A DNA stretch of 64,000 nt from Catajapyx aquilonaris (GCA_000934665.2 KZ538077.1:62001-126000), one strand, 5' to 3'; counted from the first letter of the stretch, positions 39,601 through 55,435 are shown. The notes: generated by a model not told the origin, from the letters alone. A program made the numbers and translations.

Positions 39601-42600
39601 GTTTGGGCACCATAAAAACTCGAACGCGTGTTGCCAATTTGCACGACTTGATTGAACGCAAAAATGGCATTCCAGGAATTTCACTTTCAGATAGTAAACA
39701 ACGCACCATCAACTAATATTCCAATGAAACGTGCAGGTCACCCTTAAAAGTTTCAATGCACGTCGACTACCAGCCAGTTATGAACCTTAAGTACTTCCCC
39801 TCCAACTTTGACAATTATTCGGTTGCGGTTGGGAAATTAACTGAGACGGAGAAAATGAGTTTTCCAAAGCGACGAAAACTACATCTCCCATCATACAAAA
39901 CTGGGAAGCTTCCACTTTGCCCCTGACATTTCCACAATCCTTACCGGTTTCCCAGCTTCCCTGAAAATATTGGAACGTGTAAGAAATTGCTATAACCCCC
40001 CCTCCCTCCCCTTCTCCACCTTTCGTCCCACTTTCCCCTACCTCTCTCGCCCTCCTAAATTTGTATTATCATCCACCGCCCCCACCTTGCACTGTAGATT
40101 CGCTAGCAAAGGGAACGGAGCTGGAAACCACCCGCAAAAAAAAGTGATGGAAGGTGAGAATGCGTCAATAATGTTGGAAGAAGCCAAAGAAGAGAGAGAC
40201 CCCCTTCCTATTTTCGTTTTTTTTCTCTCCCCACCTCCACCACCGTTAGGTTTCACCAAAAGAGAAGAAGAGTAGGATTTGCGGAGTTGAGGAGGATCCC
40301 GCTTGCTCAGAACTTTCTAAGGCGGGCTTATTTTCACGGGTTTCCTCTGGAGGAAGGTTAATAGGGGGCTAGAATCGCCTGGGAGGTTGGGGGGTGAAGG
40401 GTGGTCTGGAATCACGATGCTACCCAACACGTGGCCTCTCACGCTAGATAGTTAATCGATAATAGGAGCAAAACTCCTGACTCGTTATGTCCACCAATTT
40501 ACCAAGCGCCAAAAAAATGGGGGACAACTTCCCATGATTTTGCACTGCCTCCAGGGTCAACAATCAAGCCTTATCATTTATTACACGTTCATTTCGCAGT
40601 CATATTACACATCAGCTAATAAACTGCCTAACTAAAATATTACTTTCAACACGTACCGCACAGGTTCCTACCAGTAAATAAACACGATGGAATTAATTCG
40701 CATATTTTTAAAATTCACCATGTATATTTAACATCCATAGCCAATGCCCAGACCATGAGGGCGTCGTGTACAAACCATAACGAAGCAGTGGGCTCGTTAT
40801 CCTGTAATTCTGGTGCCTCTGCCTTTCTGCATAAAGGAAATTCAAATGCCACGGCGACGCAGTTTGTCCCGCGAGCGTTTCCTCCAAAACGCACCATACT
40901 GTCTGTGTTTTCTGTCATCTGCCACCTTTGCAGCTTGATGGGGAAGTGCAAACAGAAGTGGGCGTCTTGAAGGAAACTCGCGGGAGAACGCCGTGGCATG
41001 TTAATTCATGGTCAACAGAAAGCGCAGAGACATCAGAAATGCGAACTAGGCGTAATACCGTAATGTGCTAGCACTATATATGGAAGGATAAAAACCTACC
41101 TAGAATCTTTGATTCTCCAAACCTTGTTGGCTTTCTTTGGGTTACACATAGGTCACTTGGCACGTAGGTCTATGCATCAAGATAGACATATTATTATCAT
41201 ATAGCTGGCGTGGATGACTTCCGAAAAGGATCTCGGAGATGCTTGGGTCGCTCTTTTTGCAAGGAGCCAAAGTCTTCCCCAGTTCACCTCCAAATTGTGT
41301 TTCTGAACCCCCTTTTCGCTATTTCAGACCTAGCCTCCAAAATATTGGAACAGCGCTCCAGTTCGACCCTCACAGAACACTAGAGGAAATACAATCACGA
41401 AGAAGAGAAAATGAAGTGATAAAATCTAAATCGTGGTCTAAATTCCACTTTCTTTCAGCCGGCACTGCATGCAAATGCGCTCGGTTGTGTTCTAAAATTC
41501 TTCCTGAGAGACTCATACTGTCCAGTAGAATCACTCTTGGTTTTCCGTTAACGTCATTTTTGGCGTCCTTCGTTAGCCCTCATCAGATAATTGCACTTCT
41601 TGAAGCGAGAGAGTCTAGGCAAAAATGCAAGCGGTAATATTAATAAGCTCATAAAGAGGGGAGTTAAATGGTCAGAGATGCATCGGCGGAGCAGTTAATT
41701 CCAGGGGGCTCGGCGCATCCTACCCAACACAATTACCCTTGCAAATTTTCCACTATATATTCCCACCGCTAAGAAGCCACCCCCCCCCCTCCCCCCCNAC
41801 TCTTCTTAAAAAAAAGAAAAAAAAAACTAAGGGAGCTCTTGCTTAAACCTTCCGCAGCCCAAGTGCTGTAACTTCCGCCTAGAAACCAGGGTGAAAAATT
41901 ACTCCAGTCCCAATGGCGCGTTTCCGTCTTTCCAAAAAAGAACTTGGGAAGGTTTGGCTACAACTTCAGAAGTCAATCTGGATGGCCTCAGACTGTGCAT
42001 TGCTCGTGGGGTGACAAAAAGAAGGGTAACAGCCTTTGTAGTGGTAATCACTACTCGATTTGGAGTGTTCAAACTCACGCTTCCACTGTCAAATTAGTTG
42101 GTTGCAACGTATTAGTACATTATGCTGCTAATTAGACATTTTTGATCGGTTCGACTGCAATACAAGGTGACATTTTAAAAATTGTTTTAAAAACGGGGCG
42201 ACAGGTAACTAACCGAACCCATTTTCAAATCCCCAGTAATGGCGATTACAATCGGATCGTTAGCGATAACCAATCAGAATTACCGCGCAGCCTGTTAGCC
42301 CGCGCACTATTACGAACCTTTTCATAACTGGACCAGCCCATGCAAAAAATCGTGACAAAAAGGTCGAGCAAATGTCATGAAAATGCCGTCATAAAAACTC
42401 CCCAAAGTTGACATTTCCCAATATAAAAAACCTAACCCTAATTAATTCCCATAAAACTACTTGCAGCTTGTGGGTGTAATCAGTCCTCTCCGATATCAGT
42501 GTTGTTTGTGTATTCAGAGGAGAGGATTAATGTGCACGAATCTGGATTTGAGGCCGAATAGACTCAAAGGCAAACTGGCACGGACATAATTAATAGGCGG

Positions 42601-45600
42601 CGTAGAGTATTAGAAGGTGTGAGCCCCAGCCCCTTAACCCCAGCGCAGCCAAAAGCAAAGTCCTGGGCGCTCGACCTCATCCTCTTCTGGCTCCTTGGAC
42701 TCCATCTCGCCAAGAAGGTTATTGCAAAGTGATGGGGAGGAAGGTCTCATCATCGTCTCTTCTGCATCAGAAACCGTGGAGATTGGCAGACATAAGCCAT
42801 CAGGTTGTCATCTGGCCCGCTCTCCTGCATATGCTCGCCTTAAGGTCGATATACAGTATACCCTTCCATCATATCCTCCCATCTCCGCCAAGGCGACCAA
42901 ACTTTCGTCTTCCACCCAACAATGCTTCTGCCCATGAGCACTTCACGGCCATTTTATGACCGACACTCTTCCACTCCACACTTTATCCCCCCGTCAGAAA
43001 GTTGGCACACTTTTTTTTTCTTTCTTTCTTTTTGCCCCGTCTCTTATACCTTGTTGGCGCAACCTCTACATAGATCCAAACAAAAGGGACCGAACGGACC
43101 AGAAAAAATGTCCCCACGCCATCCAACACACACCACGACACTACTCATTCAATCAACAAACATGGTGGCGGGAAGTTCAAACTAGACTCCGAGACCGAAA
43201 GTTGGACGGGGTAGAGCAGCGTGCGTGAGAACCAGTCAAAATGCCGGATTTAACACATAGTCAGGTTTGTAGGCATGCCAGACACATTCCTAGTCAACGA
43301 TTTTTCACTTGAAGGGACCTGCGGAAAAAAAACTGACGAAAAGCAAAACGCGCAGGGATTTTTAATGTGGAGCCCTGTGCGTCACTCACCCAAAAAGCAC
43401 CCATTTACATAGGTTTACCTTCTTGCCTCAATATGTGCTCGGAAAGTCCAAGCGATGCGAATCAAATCTTTCATTTTTTTTTTATTTTTTTTGCAACGGC
43501 AGCCAAAAAAATGTTCGTGCTGTAGGTGTAACTTTCTCATAAATCCAAATGCTGACTAGAAATTGTACGCGTTGCCACGTGAGGATGGTGCATAATATAT
43601 TGCGTCTAACTCCATACGGAAAAAAGGGGGCCATGTGAGTTTTGGCAAGGTGGTCAGATCGATACCTGGTACAATATCATTCAGTTCACGAATTGCCTAA
43701 CCCCAGCGACTTGGCAGGGCAAGACCGTATGCACTCATTATTTCAATCGAGGTAGAGGTTTCTCATATCATTCTAGTTCTGACACCTGAAACAGCATAAT
43801 TATAATCTGCAGGGAAATGCGCAAACTTTCCGCGCAGACGCAGCTATTTTCCGCTGGAAATCACTTCCATATCAGGCACACCTCCACACAGGATAGAATT
43901 TGCTTATTTGTGTCAGCTTGATCCTTTGAATAGACTGTCGGAGAGAGAGAATTGCTTTTACCCCCACCCTCTGGGCGTTAAATTAATGCTCAGGATCCCT
44001 ACCTGCATTCACAAGAAGGATTGGAATTGGGGGGGTGGAGGGGGGTGGTAACAATTTGCTCTAATAACCGTAAAAAGTGACTGCGTTTCACTTCAAACGT
44101 GAATACCCCCCCCTCAATTTTTAAAAAATCCATCTCAGCCAGAAAAAGATCACATTCTGAGCATTCCCCTCATGTCTTACTTCTGCCTCCACCACCTCGC
44201 TTAATGGACTTCTTTCATTCTTCTCAGCTCACTTTGAAACCACGGAACGCACTCCAGGACTTTTCGCCTACGACTTAAGCAGCACTTCTGTTGCCTACCC
44301 TAAAGATCCGGGCTTGGCCCTGGTATTTGTGCCGCGGGAAAATTTGCAGCGTCAACCTGCCTTTCTTGGCCACAACCGGGTTCAACATTACGCCAGCTTC
44401 GTTCCACTAGCTGACTTCAGCATACCCAGCTCTTATCCATGCCTAGCAGCCATGAAAACGTCGCATTGTATGCACCACCAAGTCAACTCGCCAGTTATAG
44501 AGCGTCATAAGTCCACGTGCCGGCTATTCAAACTGGAGGTCCCATAAATTGACAGGGAACACTGTCTTTACCGTTGTTTGAGTGGGCTGTCGGAGTGAGC
44601 CAATGGGAATGAGCCAGGCGAGTCTTGAACCAATCCTGGCTCGAATCCTGTGGCTGCCTCTAACTGGGAGAAAGGATGGTTGTTCGTTGTAAACCTAATG
44701 AATACACTTTGACAGGACCCTCCTTATGACCGGTACTCTTCGGCTTAGCAACCATCTTCAGCCTCTCGTTTTCTTCTCGCCCCTCTTTTCCCCCTCTTAT
44801 CTCAAGATCGCATGGAAGCTCCCCCAAAAACTTTCGGCATCGCACTGTGATGACTGATGATGCTCATCTTTTTTCCCAGCATGGTCTAGCGTTTCCGGAT
44901 ATTACATGGTCAGGTTGCAAGACTCGTAATCATGCGCACTAGAAGGCACATCTTTCATGCTCTCTTTCTCTCCCCCCGCAGTCCCTTTTTTCTATTTCGT
45001 GTCAGAAGGGGAGGAGAAAAGGAGAGAAGATCCCATCTTTCGATATACTCAGCTGCATTCGGTTTCGCAATTTTTTTCCCTCCTTTCTATCCACCATTTT
45101 TCACTGGTGTGCCAAAGGGTAGGCGGAACCAATGCGACGGCAGCACGTGCGAAATTAATAGTTCAGTCCTTGAAAGTTCGTAGGGTTCACATTTTTTACA
45201 CCCAGATTCCACCTATGCTATAGCTAAATTAACATCCCACCTTTCTAAAAAAGCGAGCTGGACAAACGCCCCTGGGACAAGTAAATGGAGACTGGTCGTG
45301 GTGTACTACTCTCAAAATTTTTGCCGACCTGGCCCACAAGTTCAATAAAAAAAAAGAAAAAGAGTGGGGCTAGATAGAAGGTGGACTTTGCAATGAATCT
45401 CCTCGCACCAGGCGGCATTCTCATTAGGCTCAATAGCCATTAAATTCATGGCGGTCGTCAGTGGAGTGATTTCCAATGCAATACGACATCGTTTCCTCAT
45501 GGGGGGTAGAGGGCGGGAGGAGTGAATTAGATGGATTTTCCAGGGCTGCCAAGAGAATCCACCACGCTTTCGAGGGAACAATTTTTTCCGTTATTTAACT

Positions 45601-48269
45601 TAATGAAATATTCTTCCGAATTTTTCCCCCCCTTCCGAGCCTCCCTTGACTAGACAATTTCAATAGTTAATCACGCTCGTTAAGACTGCTTAGAAAGCAA
45701 TCATGCTGGAAGCGCCTCATACAAAATGAATAAAATCGAGTAAGCTTGTCAGGTAAATTCGAGTGACCGAACATTTCCAACTGCAAGAAAATTTACTTTC
45801 GGGACACGAAGTTATTGACCAGTTTCCCGAAGCTGGGTCATTCCGGTGTGAAGGGCCAGTAGCGGCGCATGTAATGAGGTAAATTCAAAACAATAACATG
45901 TACACTTATTTGTACCAGTCCTTTCAGATCATAAAAATGCTTTTCGCGGAACCGATGCTAAAATTTAAAAATCCGGCTGTAAATCCTTGATAAAAATGCA
46001 GTGTCATTATTCGACGATGTTATCGGACCATTTAAAGGCTTTATACTTTCAAAGTAGTGAACACAAACGCACACAACGACCAGAAACTGAAAAGGACTAT
46101 ACTTCTAGGCGCTATTGTTCCTTTCTGAGACTATTCTGCTCAAGTGCTGTTGTCTGGCCCTCTTGCCCGCTTTTTGAACCGGGGCCAACAAGTTCCTGGA
46201 GTCGCCCTGCTGAATTCGTTATCCGAGTCTCGACTGATCCATACCACGCGTAAAGGCTCGCTGAAGTTCGATACGTCCAACAACTCCAAGTAATAATGTA
46301 TCACTTGCCCACATTCAGAGAAAATACTTGTAGGCCTACTTGTAACAAGTCAAGTTTTTCTGCCTTATTTGTCAACATCATAGAGAATCCCACGTCTCCA
46401 ACTACACTTTTCCCCTTCTAAGTTAACTTGATCCACCCCTCAAAGGTCGCTCCCATCTCCTGCGGAGTTGAGTGCAATGGCATTTGCCGGCAGCAAATCA
46501 AGCCATTAACGACAAAAATGAAGAGTAAAGTCACCTCCCAGGAACCCCCATTGCTGTGGCTACTGGACTGGAGAGCTATCACATTCAGGTTAACAAATTT
46601 TTGTTACAGGCTCCAACCCATACCTGACACGTAGGCGACTATATAGATGTGCCCAGTTACATCCACATCGCACGTTAGTAAGGCTCCTAACGTTTCACTT
46701 TCTTGTTTCGCATAACCGCTGCAACAGTTAGTTGGAAACTTGCAAACCGGCCATGTGTGTGAGACACGGAGCTGTACATTTTCGCCTTTGAGCCTCAGTT
46801 TCGGTTTAATCTCAACATTTTCCAGCCTCTATTCAGCTCCCAGACACCCACTACACATGAAATACCCTCTTTGTGGAACTCCCGAGCGTCCAAAAAATGC
46901 AGTCAGGTGGTTGTGCTGCCACCGACCGGAGGCGTCGCCTAATCATTTCATTCGTCCAAAGAGGGGGGTCCCTTTGTTCTCCCACCATTTGGCACCAAAT
47001 CCAGGTTCCCATTTTTCTCCCCACTATTTAGAAAAACTACGGAAGTGCATCCTGTAGGCTAGTTAACAAGAGCAAGTCGGTCGGTGACTCTCTCCCGCCA
47101 GGCTAGAATTGGTGCTTTGAAATCCCCCGGAAAAGCATCCCCGGACACGGAATGACCGTCCGACAAAACGAGCCCCGCGCGGTCAACAACCAATTAAACC
47201 TAACCGAGCCGCCTCCATTTTGCCGCCAGCTTCGTCTATGATGAGCAGCTCTCTTGCTACAAGTAGATCACGTTTCAGCTCTGTTTATGATGACTACTGG
47301 CATGATGGAAGTGTAATGATGCTCCCACCCTCTGTCTTTCACTTGAGGGCCTTTTGTTGATCCTCCCGCCCCAGGATTCAAATGCATGCACACGCCAGTC
47401 GATATCACTGAGTTTTGGAACAAAAGCGGGGACTAACTTCACAGTCAGCTCCAAATGCGGACCTAAATCCGGTCTGAGCTTGAAACATGGTCGGAACTCT
47501 TTTGAGAGGAGCTCTCTTGCCAGCCCAAAACTGCTCCTGGGGACTAGCCTGTTTTATGAGACCGAATTCAAGCCACTTGTGCACGTGCAGAGCTGTGATG
47601 CAATTTGATTCAGACACTGTCCAATGTATTTAGACAAAGGGTTAGAGAACAGCGGCTAAATTAGATGGCCTGAGGTCGAGAAATGGCGTACTGCAGGGTG
47701 TGCTTTCAGATCTGACAACCCCGGTTGGAATCCTAGATCTGCCGTGCTGGTTTCATATGAGCCCAGTTTTCCTAGTGCCCGTGGGGCGAAGATCCTCATC
47801 TCTCTTACGGCTGCAGATCTTTTCAAATCCATGGCATGGAAAAAGAAAAACCTCTCTATCAAACATCAGGACCTCGCCACGATTTTGTACCACGAGGAAA
47901 ATATGGGACCACACTGCAACATTACATTTGGCAGATTCCAAAAACCGGACTTCGTAACATCTCTCAAAGTAGCTTGTGAACATCGCAATTTTCTCCTATT
48001 AGTCTATGATGAAATTCAGCTGGAAATATGCCTTCTCGATGGGCAGTTAATGCTGTTTCAAAGGGTGAGCGAGAACAGGCACAAAAGTTAGCTTAACTTT
48101 TAGGGTAAAGGACACATGGCTCAAGATCGCTCATCTCGAAAGTTGGCAGGGATTAACTGTGCTTACAAGACAGTTCCTCCCCCTAATACCTCTGTTATGT
48201 GCAATATTGCATTCAAATGTTATTGCAAAATTATACTTCAAGGCGCCTTCGCCCGGATATATGATGAGA

Positions 48270-48372
<103 letters not shown>

Positions 48373-51300
48373 GTGATATACCACTTATATACAACAGAAT
48401 AGGTGATTGCGTACATTCCATTACTAGTTTAATATGGCGCAGGAATCACGTGCTGGTGCTATAGTACCTGATGTAGTTTTGGCGATATTGGCCATAACTA
48501 GGTGCAGAGTGACGGAGTGGAACTTTTTACGCCTCTATCGGCAGTTGATAAATTACTGCCCTAGTTGTAATTCGACACCTTTCATAGCTGACCTCACAGA
48601 GAGTTTACGTGAAATAATTACGATCCTGGATCTCCAGGCAATTTAAAAAACGAATAATGTTTGAAACTCTGGCGAATAAATTAGAGGGTATGGAAATGAA
48701 GCCCAAAAACGGCAATCGGCTTTACGATAAAAAGTAATGTAATACACAGCATACAAGCTATAATTTTTCATTGAGACGCTTTACACACATTGTGTCCTCC
48801 AGCAAAAGTTGAACTTTTTAATGCACAAGTAGCAAGGTCATCCTGGAGAAAAATCATCCTCATCTTGGGACCCCCATACAAATCCAGCATCATGCAGGCT
48901 GCCTATAGTGACTTCCGTTCCAAGTGCAGGCAACGAATAGGCGGTCATTGACTGTCATTGCACAGACCATTGAGCAGAATGGCGCGCTCCTGATGCCTCC
49001 TTATAGCTGGTGAATACACGGGTCGTCTTTAAAGAGAAGTTTATATGGTCGGGAATATCCTATTATGCGCTATCTATTTTTCTCTGCACCAGGGCAGCGT
49101 AGGCCAAGCGCGGATTTGGACAGGCAATCAGCTCCAGCATCATCCTGGGGCAAAATGGTAGCAGGCTACGATCCCAGAGCACCCTCGGCAAGTACTGCAT
49201 GTATCGAATTATGATTTGCACCCCGACCGAGCTTTTTCAAGTCTTCGCATTGCACTAACACCCTCGTAAAATCCGGCGTCCAGTGTATATAACATTATAT
49301 GCTACGGAATAAACCCTCTTGGCTCCTATACCCTGCAGCACGTAATTACACCCCCTCCTCCCCTTTTAAACCTGTCGTAATGTGACCAACGTGTAAAATC
49401 TGCAGCCCTTATCCATCCCATTTATCGGGGACGGATTAAACCTATCTTGAAAGGCGTGAAGGGCTGTCCCCACAACCAAACTTTCATCACACAGTTCCCG
49501 AGCAGATTTACGCAACCATGCCCGTGTATGCAGGGCCACACACCGTGACATCTCTCCCATAAGCTCATTATGGGTATTAATATGTTGTATGTCGACGGAG
49601 ATACGGGCATTACCAAAAGTGGCTTAATCATTCATTAAATTCATCTGAAGTGGCCAATTATTTTCATTTCGCTAATTAGTCGCGCTTAGGAGAGGGGGCG
49701 CATAAATTTTCACCTGTGAATATCGGGTGCTTAGTTCATAATCACAGGGCTTGTAATTCAGCATCTATGCCATATACCCTCCTGAAGACTATTTACAACC
49801 ATAGCAGGCGGCACTTATTACAAAAGATTATAGGATTTGACACAGTGTGCCACACTAGGCTGCTATATGGGTGGAGCAAACTGAATGAAGTACGAACGAG
49901 CGAGACGTTTTGTTTCAAAGCAACTTATCAGGTGTATATATAATCAAATCCAAGATCAATAGCTCCTAACCTGCCTTTGTGCAATACTTTTATTGGTAAT
50001 GCTAATTAACATATGCGATAATTTTGAATTTCATAGGTTCGTCTGTTTCGTTATTTTTGCACGACGTTTCCTATCCTGGAGGGAGCTTGGCGATTATAAC
50101 TTCAGTAGACCTACTTGAACAGCAAAAACTGCAGATAATAGTGCACTATTCCACTTCTTCACGACACTGTATTGTGAGAACAAGTAATGTAATGAGAGAA
50201 TGGAAAACCCAGTGCACTCTACTCACGCATTAAATTTTGATTCATCTGTAACATTTAACAGCAGCAGTTCTGTTGAAAACTGGTGTTCAGCACTGTTCAA
50301 ACTGTCTACAGTATAAGGGGGAAAAAAGTGCTCAAATATTCATAAACCTTCTTCAATATAACTATGCAGTGTGTGACACATCCATTAAGTAATCGTGACA
50401 TTGTTGAAAATTTTAAAAATACCGATAGTGCTAAAACCACCCTGTTGCTTTTTTGACGCATACTTTGTTAGGTGGGAGAAGCAATATTTCAAAATGCCCT
50501 GCAGTGATGCATTTATTACTGCAGCTTCACCCGCGTCGCATGTGTCTCTGATGTACCGTGCTTTAATTTCGCTCAGATCAGATGATCCGCCCTTTCCCAC
50601 TACAGCCCTCCAGTTAAGCCCAAATTAGGCCCAAATTTTGGTACGAGCCCTAGGTAATTTCTTTACCCCACTCACTCTGTACAATGCACCCCCATTTTTC
50701 ATAACCTCCCCACGGAGCCGTTCCTTCTCAAAAAAGGCTCAAAACATTCAGAAACATAGCGGCAGACGCACATTGGCAAAACATGCAGCCATCTGAATGC
50801 ATCCATGCGAAACCAAATCTGAGCAGACACGTGTGCTTAAGTTGCAGGCCAGTTGCAGTGGGAGGGGGTGGAATACAAACTGCATAAGCAAGCTCAGGAT
50901 AAAGGTGTAGCTTTGGTCGCTGGGGCCAGGGGCCTAGGCAATTTCCTTCACGGTAGGAGAGCGCACACACACTTTATTACTCAGGCCGCCTTCAGCACGT
51001 GAAAAAAGTCCAGACCCCTGGGCCCTGGGCCAGCCCAACAATGGGGCTATGGTTTGGCAGGGATTTTCGGCTAGTGCGGCAGTGTAAGGGTAGAAGGGAT
51101 GCAAAAAGCCAGGCTTCCAGTCAGCCTCGAGATTGATGGCGCCACATCACAGCCCGCCGGCTATTTTGGAACCCCTTCCACACCTAACCTTACATTTCCA
51201 TTAGTCTCCCCAACTCGGGCCATGGGCGAAAAATTTTCGCCAGGCTGGACCTGAAGGTATGAAACCGGTGCCAGAGAGAGAGAAGAGACCTTTCACAAAA

Positions 51301-52783
51301 AGATGAAGGCAGCAAGCTCTCGGGAAATGGATGACCATACCACAAAGAATATTATACGACAGCATGTGGTCAAAAAGGTACCCTCATCTTATAGGTGGCC
51401 AATGGGGCCATAGCGTACCATTTTGTCAGTTGACAGTAGTGTGGTCCAAGTGACCGTGAGTTGTCCGTCTCTGTCAGTAGCACTGCAATATCAGCAGATT
51501 TATTATTCTGGCATTTTTACCTGGTAAGTATACTGTAAGCTACATCGGCTCCCAAGCTGTACAGTAAGCTTACTATACCACAACACTAATATAAAAAGCG
51601 GCTTTTAAAAAAAACAATATCCTTACTTCCGAGTAATGTTTTGTGCTTGATTACCATGCCAAGCCTACTGAGGTCAGAGCAGGGCCTATATGTTTTTCAC
51701 AGAGACAGCAAAAAGTACTACCGGCAGATTTAGTCTCACGCTCGGAGTAAGTGGATTACATTCTTGTTGGCCCCTTGACTTTGAAGAATTAGCTAGCTTA
51801 TTTGCCCACAGAATTTTCAGCCCTGCAGGGCATGCTAAAAAATCAAACGCTCCTGGTAAAATACCGTTTGAAAAAGCTTGCCAGATCCGGCTCTTCTATT
51901 TTTTTTAACGGTGCAATCACGAACGTTCAGAATTAACGTATGCAGCGAAGAGAATTTTTCTCCCTCAAAATTTCATGCAATTACAGCAGTTCCGGGAAGC
52001 ATAAAAAATGCATGTGTCACGAAAATGGTCTCTTAAGGGTTTAAAAATATCGCACTTTGTTCCCCGACAAGTACACCGCAGCTCATACAGGTTCTGTCAT
52101 GGGTTGCGTATCCTGGCCACTATCTTTATTAATATAAGCACAAAAAAGTGGAGGGGACTTCCGCAGAGCGGTAAACGCGAGAGATTTCGCAGAGTGGCGT
52201 TTCCGACTGTTTAAGCAATGAATAAAACATGGCTCTCCGAGAGAGAACACAGGTGTCGGTGGGATTAATGTGACGTGATTAAAGTGCACCAATATGGTAC
52301 ATGCGAGTACTCGCGAATTCTAAAGATTCATACCTCAACCTTTTTTTTTTAAAAAAAAAAAATGTTATTATTTTCCCTCCCAGATAGAAATTTGTCACGA
52401 TTCTGGTTCGGTTTTGCACGTCCCCTTTTTGATTTACTAATGGACCCTGCAACGCCGACATAAATCTCACAAAATGCGAGTTACCTCACGATAATCCCCT
52501 AGAGCCGGCCATGTTTGCGACTTTTCCTGCGAGAAGTCAGGAAACTTCACCGATAAATTAGCCTTCTTGAAACCTCCCATTAGTTATCGGGAGGGTCTCC
52601 AATGCTAGAAAGTGCGTAGCGTTCTAGGGACAAGTAAGAAGTGTATACATTGATTACAACCTAGAACTTGCAACAAATTCAACCTCAGTCTTCTCTGTGT
52701 GGTCAATTCACGCTCATCTATTTCCACCACTGTATAGTTAATTATTTTTTCATTATTTTATATTATTAGCAGTAACGTGTTCA

Positions 52784-52826
52784 TAAGCATAATGCGGAGG
52801 TGATAACCTGCTATGCATTATGCTTA
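52784..52826. repeat. Short inverted repeat / hairpin
   Basis: TAAGCATAATGC (52784-52795) and GCATTATGCTTA (52815-52826) form perfect 12-bp arms around an inner AGGT-GATA-ACCT. Confidence 0.8.
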
Positions 52827-55435
52827 CGGAAGTGATGATCGTGCAACTGCTCGATCGGGCTCGGAATCTCGCTGTGCGATTGATTCGATTATCTATTCAC
52901 ACCTGTTGCTGTGCTATCGATGCAACTCGCCCGCATCTAAATGAAATAGTTGATTTTAAAAAAAGGACGCAATTTTATTACAAATAACAAATATGCTAAT
53001 GTTCTTACACAAATTCGTACAAATCAAGCGAATAAGAGCATCCTATTGGCTTCAAGAAAATGTGTAAACTACCAGCTGCTCCTACTTGAGTAGGTTATAC
53101 CTTTCTTGCGGTTCTTCATGACTCGAGTTTCCTTCATTTGCCTCCTAACTGATATCCATACTTCAGGAGATTAATTCCTGCAGGACGGTGTACTACTGGG
53201 GTCAACCCTGGTACGAATAAACAGAAATGAATGGGAACTGGCTGGGCTTGTTGTTGAGGAGGTAAGTGTGGAAATGGAATAGGGGCCCACCCGAAGTGTT
53301 TGCTCCCTGGAATCCTCTGGGAACAGTCCCAAGATGAGCCTTAAGGTTCCTCTGACTAATCCGGCCACTATACCTTCCGCAAACATACGTGGCGCCGACA
53401 AAACCGATCATTAAGTGCATCCCACCACGACAATAAAAAAGGAGGGGGGGGGGGGAACCACTGTTTGCCCACTAATCTCCAAAGAAATTACTAACCAGCA
53501 ACTACACGTCTGAGGCCAGGACAAATTTTTACTTCTGCACACGTAACAGGAGTCCGTGTAAATTCTCCCTGACTCCCTTCCCCCCTGCCACCTCACTACT
53601 GATGGCTCAAAATTAATTGACAAAAAACGCCATGGGACATCTGCAGCGTTATTGCTGCGGGGATTTCGCTCCCGGTAATTAACGGCAGATCGAGTACTGC
53701 GGTACAAAAAAAATATATGGGCCATCATCTGCAGGGAGTATTGGTGTGATGCTCCATAATTAGCAAATCCTTGTTTAGCCCAGGCGGGATGCCTACCATG
53801 TAGGATTAATCAAACAAATCGATTCAGTACTCGTGGATGACATGCGTTTGCTCGGTCTTTTTTTATTGTCCCAATCCCTCTTTGTTGTCGAAAGCAAAAT
53901 GCGGAAAGGGATCATATTCATCAGCCATTACTTCTCCCCACGGAGCCTGCACAGCTTGTATTGTTGCTGGATTTTCTTTCATTTCATTGTATAGTCAACA
54001 GTAAATATTCTAGCCAGCCAGTTACTGGAGCTGGAAGTCCTAATTGTTACCACACCATTGAAATGAGTTCAGCTGTTGGATGATCGACACATAAAACGAC
54101 ACTAATTCTATCCATTTGCACTTACAACATTAAATCGTAATATAATTTCAAATAAACGGTTCCTCGGATCCGTCACATGCACGTCAGAAAAATTGACCAG
54201 ATTTGTCAAATGAGATTAATGTGGCCACAACACTATTAATGTACAATATATCAGTTCAATACGTCAATTAACAATTTAGCGTCAGTGACATTTTATAGGG
54301 CGCTTGTTTATTTAACTATTTAGTAGGACCTACTATGGAAATTGTTATAACATGTGGTAAATATACAGGCCTATTGAACTTTACGACTGGCGAAGTTTAG
54401 CTTCCCAGGAACCCTGTAAGCTTCATTCGTTCGTAACTTACAATTAGTGCGAGAATATCCTTATGCAAGTAAACCCATAGCCCAGCCTGAGACGCATACC
54501 CAGGACCTCAAGAGGTGAAAGGATAGTAGTCTAACCTCCCTACACCATCGCACCAGCACACCATTGCTGTAAACTGGGTAGCGGACAATGTTCTTCCGTC
54601 CTCTTGGTCATAGCCATAGGTTTCTTTGCTTTAATTGATTTCCCCAATATCAGTTGTTCAAGAGTTAATCGAAGTCAATTTTTGTGACGTCATCTATGAG
54701 AATTTAGGAAATATCCTACACGTACTTGTTAGACCCCACTTACCACGTCTGGCAGCCGAGTGATCTAATCAGCAGCATTTCCCATGGCAGATATTCCTGG
54801 CAAAGCATACGTATAGGACTCATGGAAATGATCATTCCGAAAAGGTCATACTACGTAAGAATCAACGCCTATTTCGTCTAACTCCCAATGCTCCCGCCAA
54901 CATTGCCATTAAGGCGGCTCTAAGTGATCAATGGTGCACCCCCACCCATCTTCTAAGCTGCTTTCTGCAGAGAAGATTTGAGATGAGGGCAGGCAAGAGA
55001 GAAAGAAAGAGAGAAAGGGGGGAAAAAACGGCGATCGTTGAAAACTTCTCTATACCATTGGATATTGTACTCGACAAGTTCTTAAACCGTGCTGAGAGGC
55101 CTGTACCACAGATTCACTACACGCAACTTGGCTCGGCAATAATGACGGATTTCAGCTGTTCAGGACGAGGTCCAATTTTGGATTGCATTATGCAAAAGAA
55201 CGCCTAGCTCGCTCCGTCTTTTAAAAAAGTGGCCGTAACACTGTGACTGGCAGGCTGAGCTGATCTGGAATCACAGGTAGTTAAGCCCATTTACCTCATC
55301 CCTCAAGACTGACTCCCACTAATGCACTCCCACGGGTATACATCATTCAAAGAGATGTCCAAACTATATAGGTTCGCCATGCCCACGGCAATTTTTGGGT
55401 AAATTTATTTCTAACATGTTAGATGAAAGTGCTGC

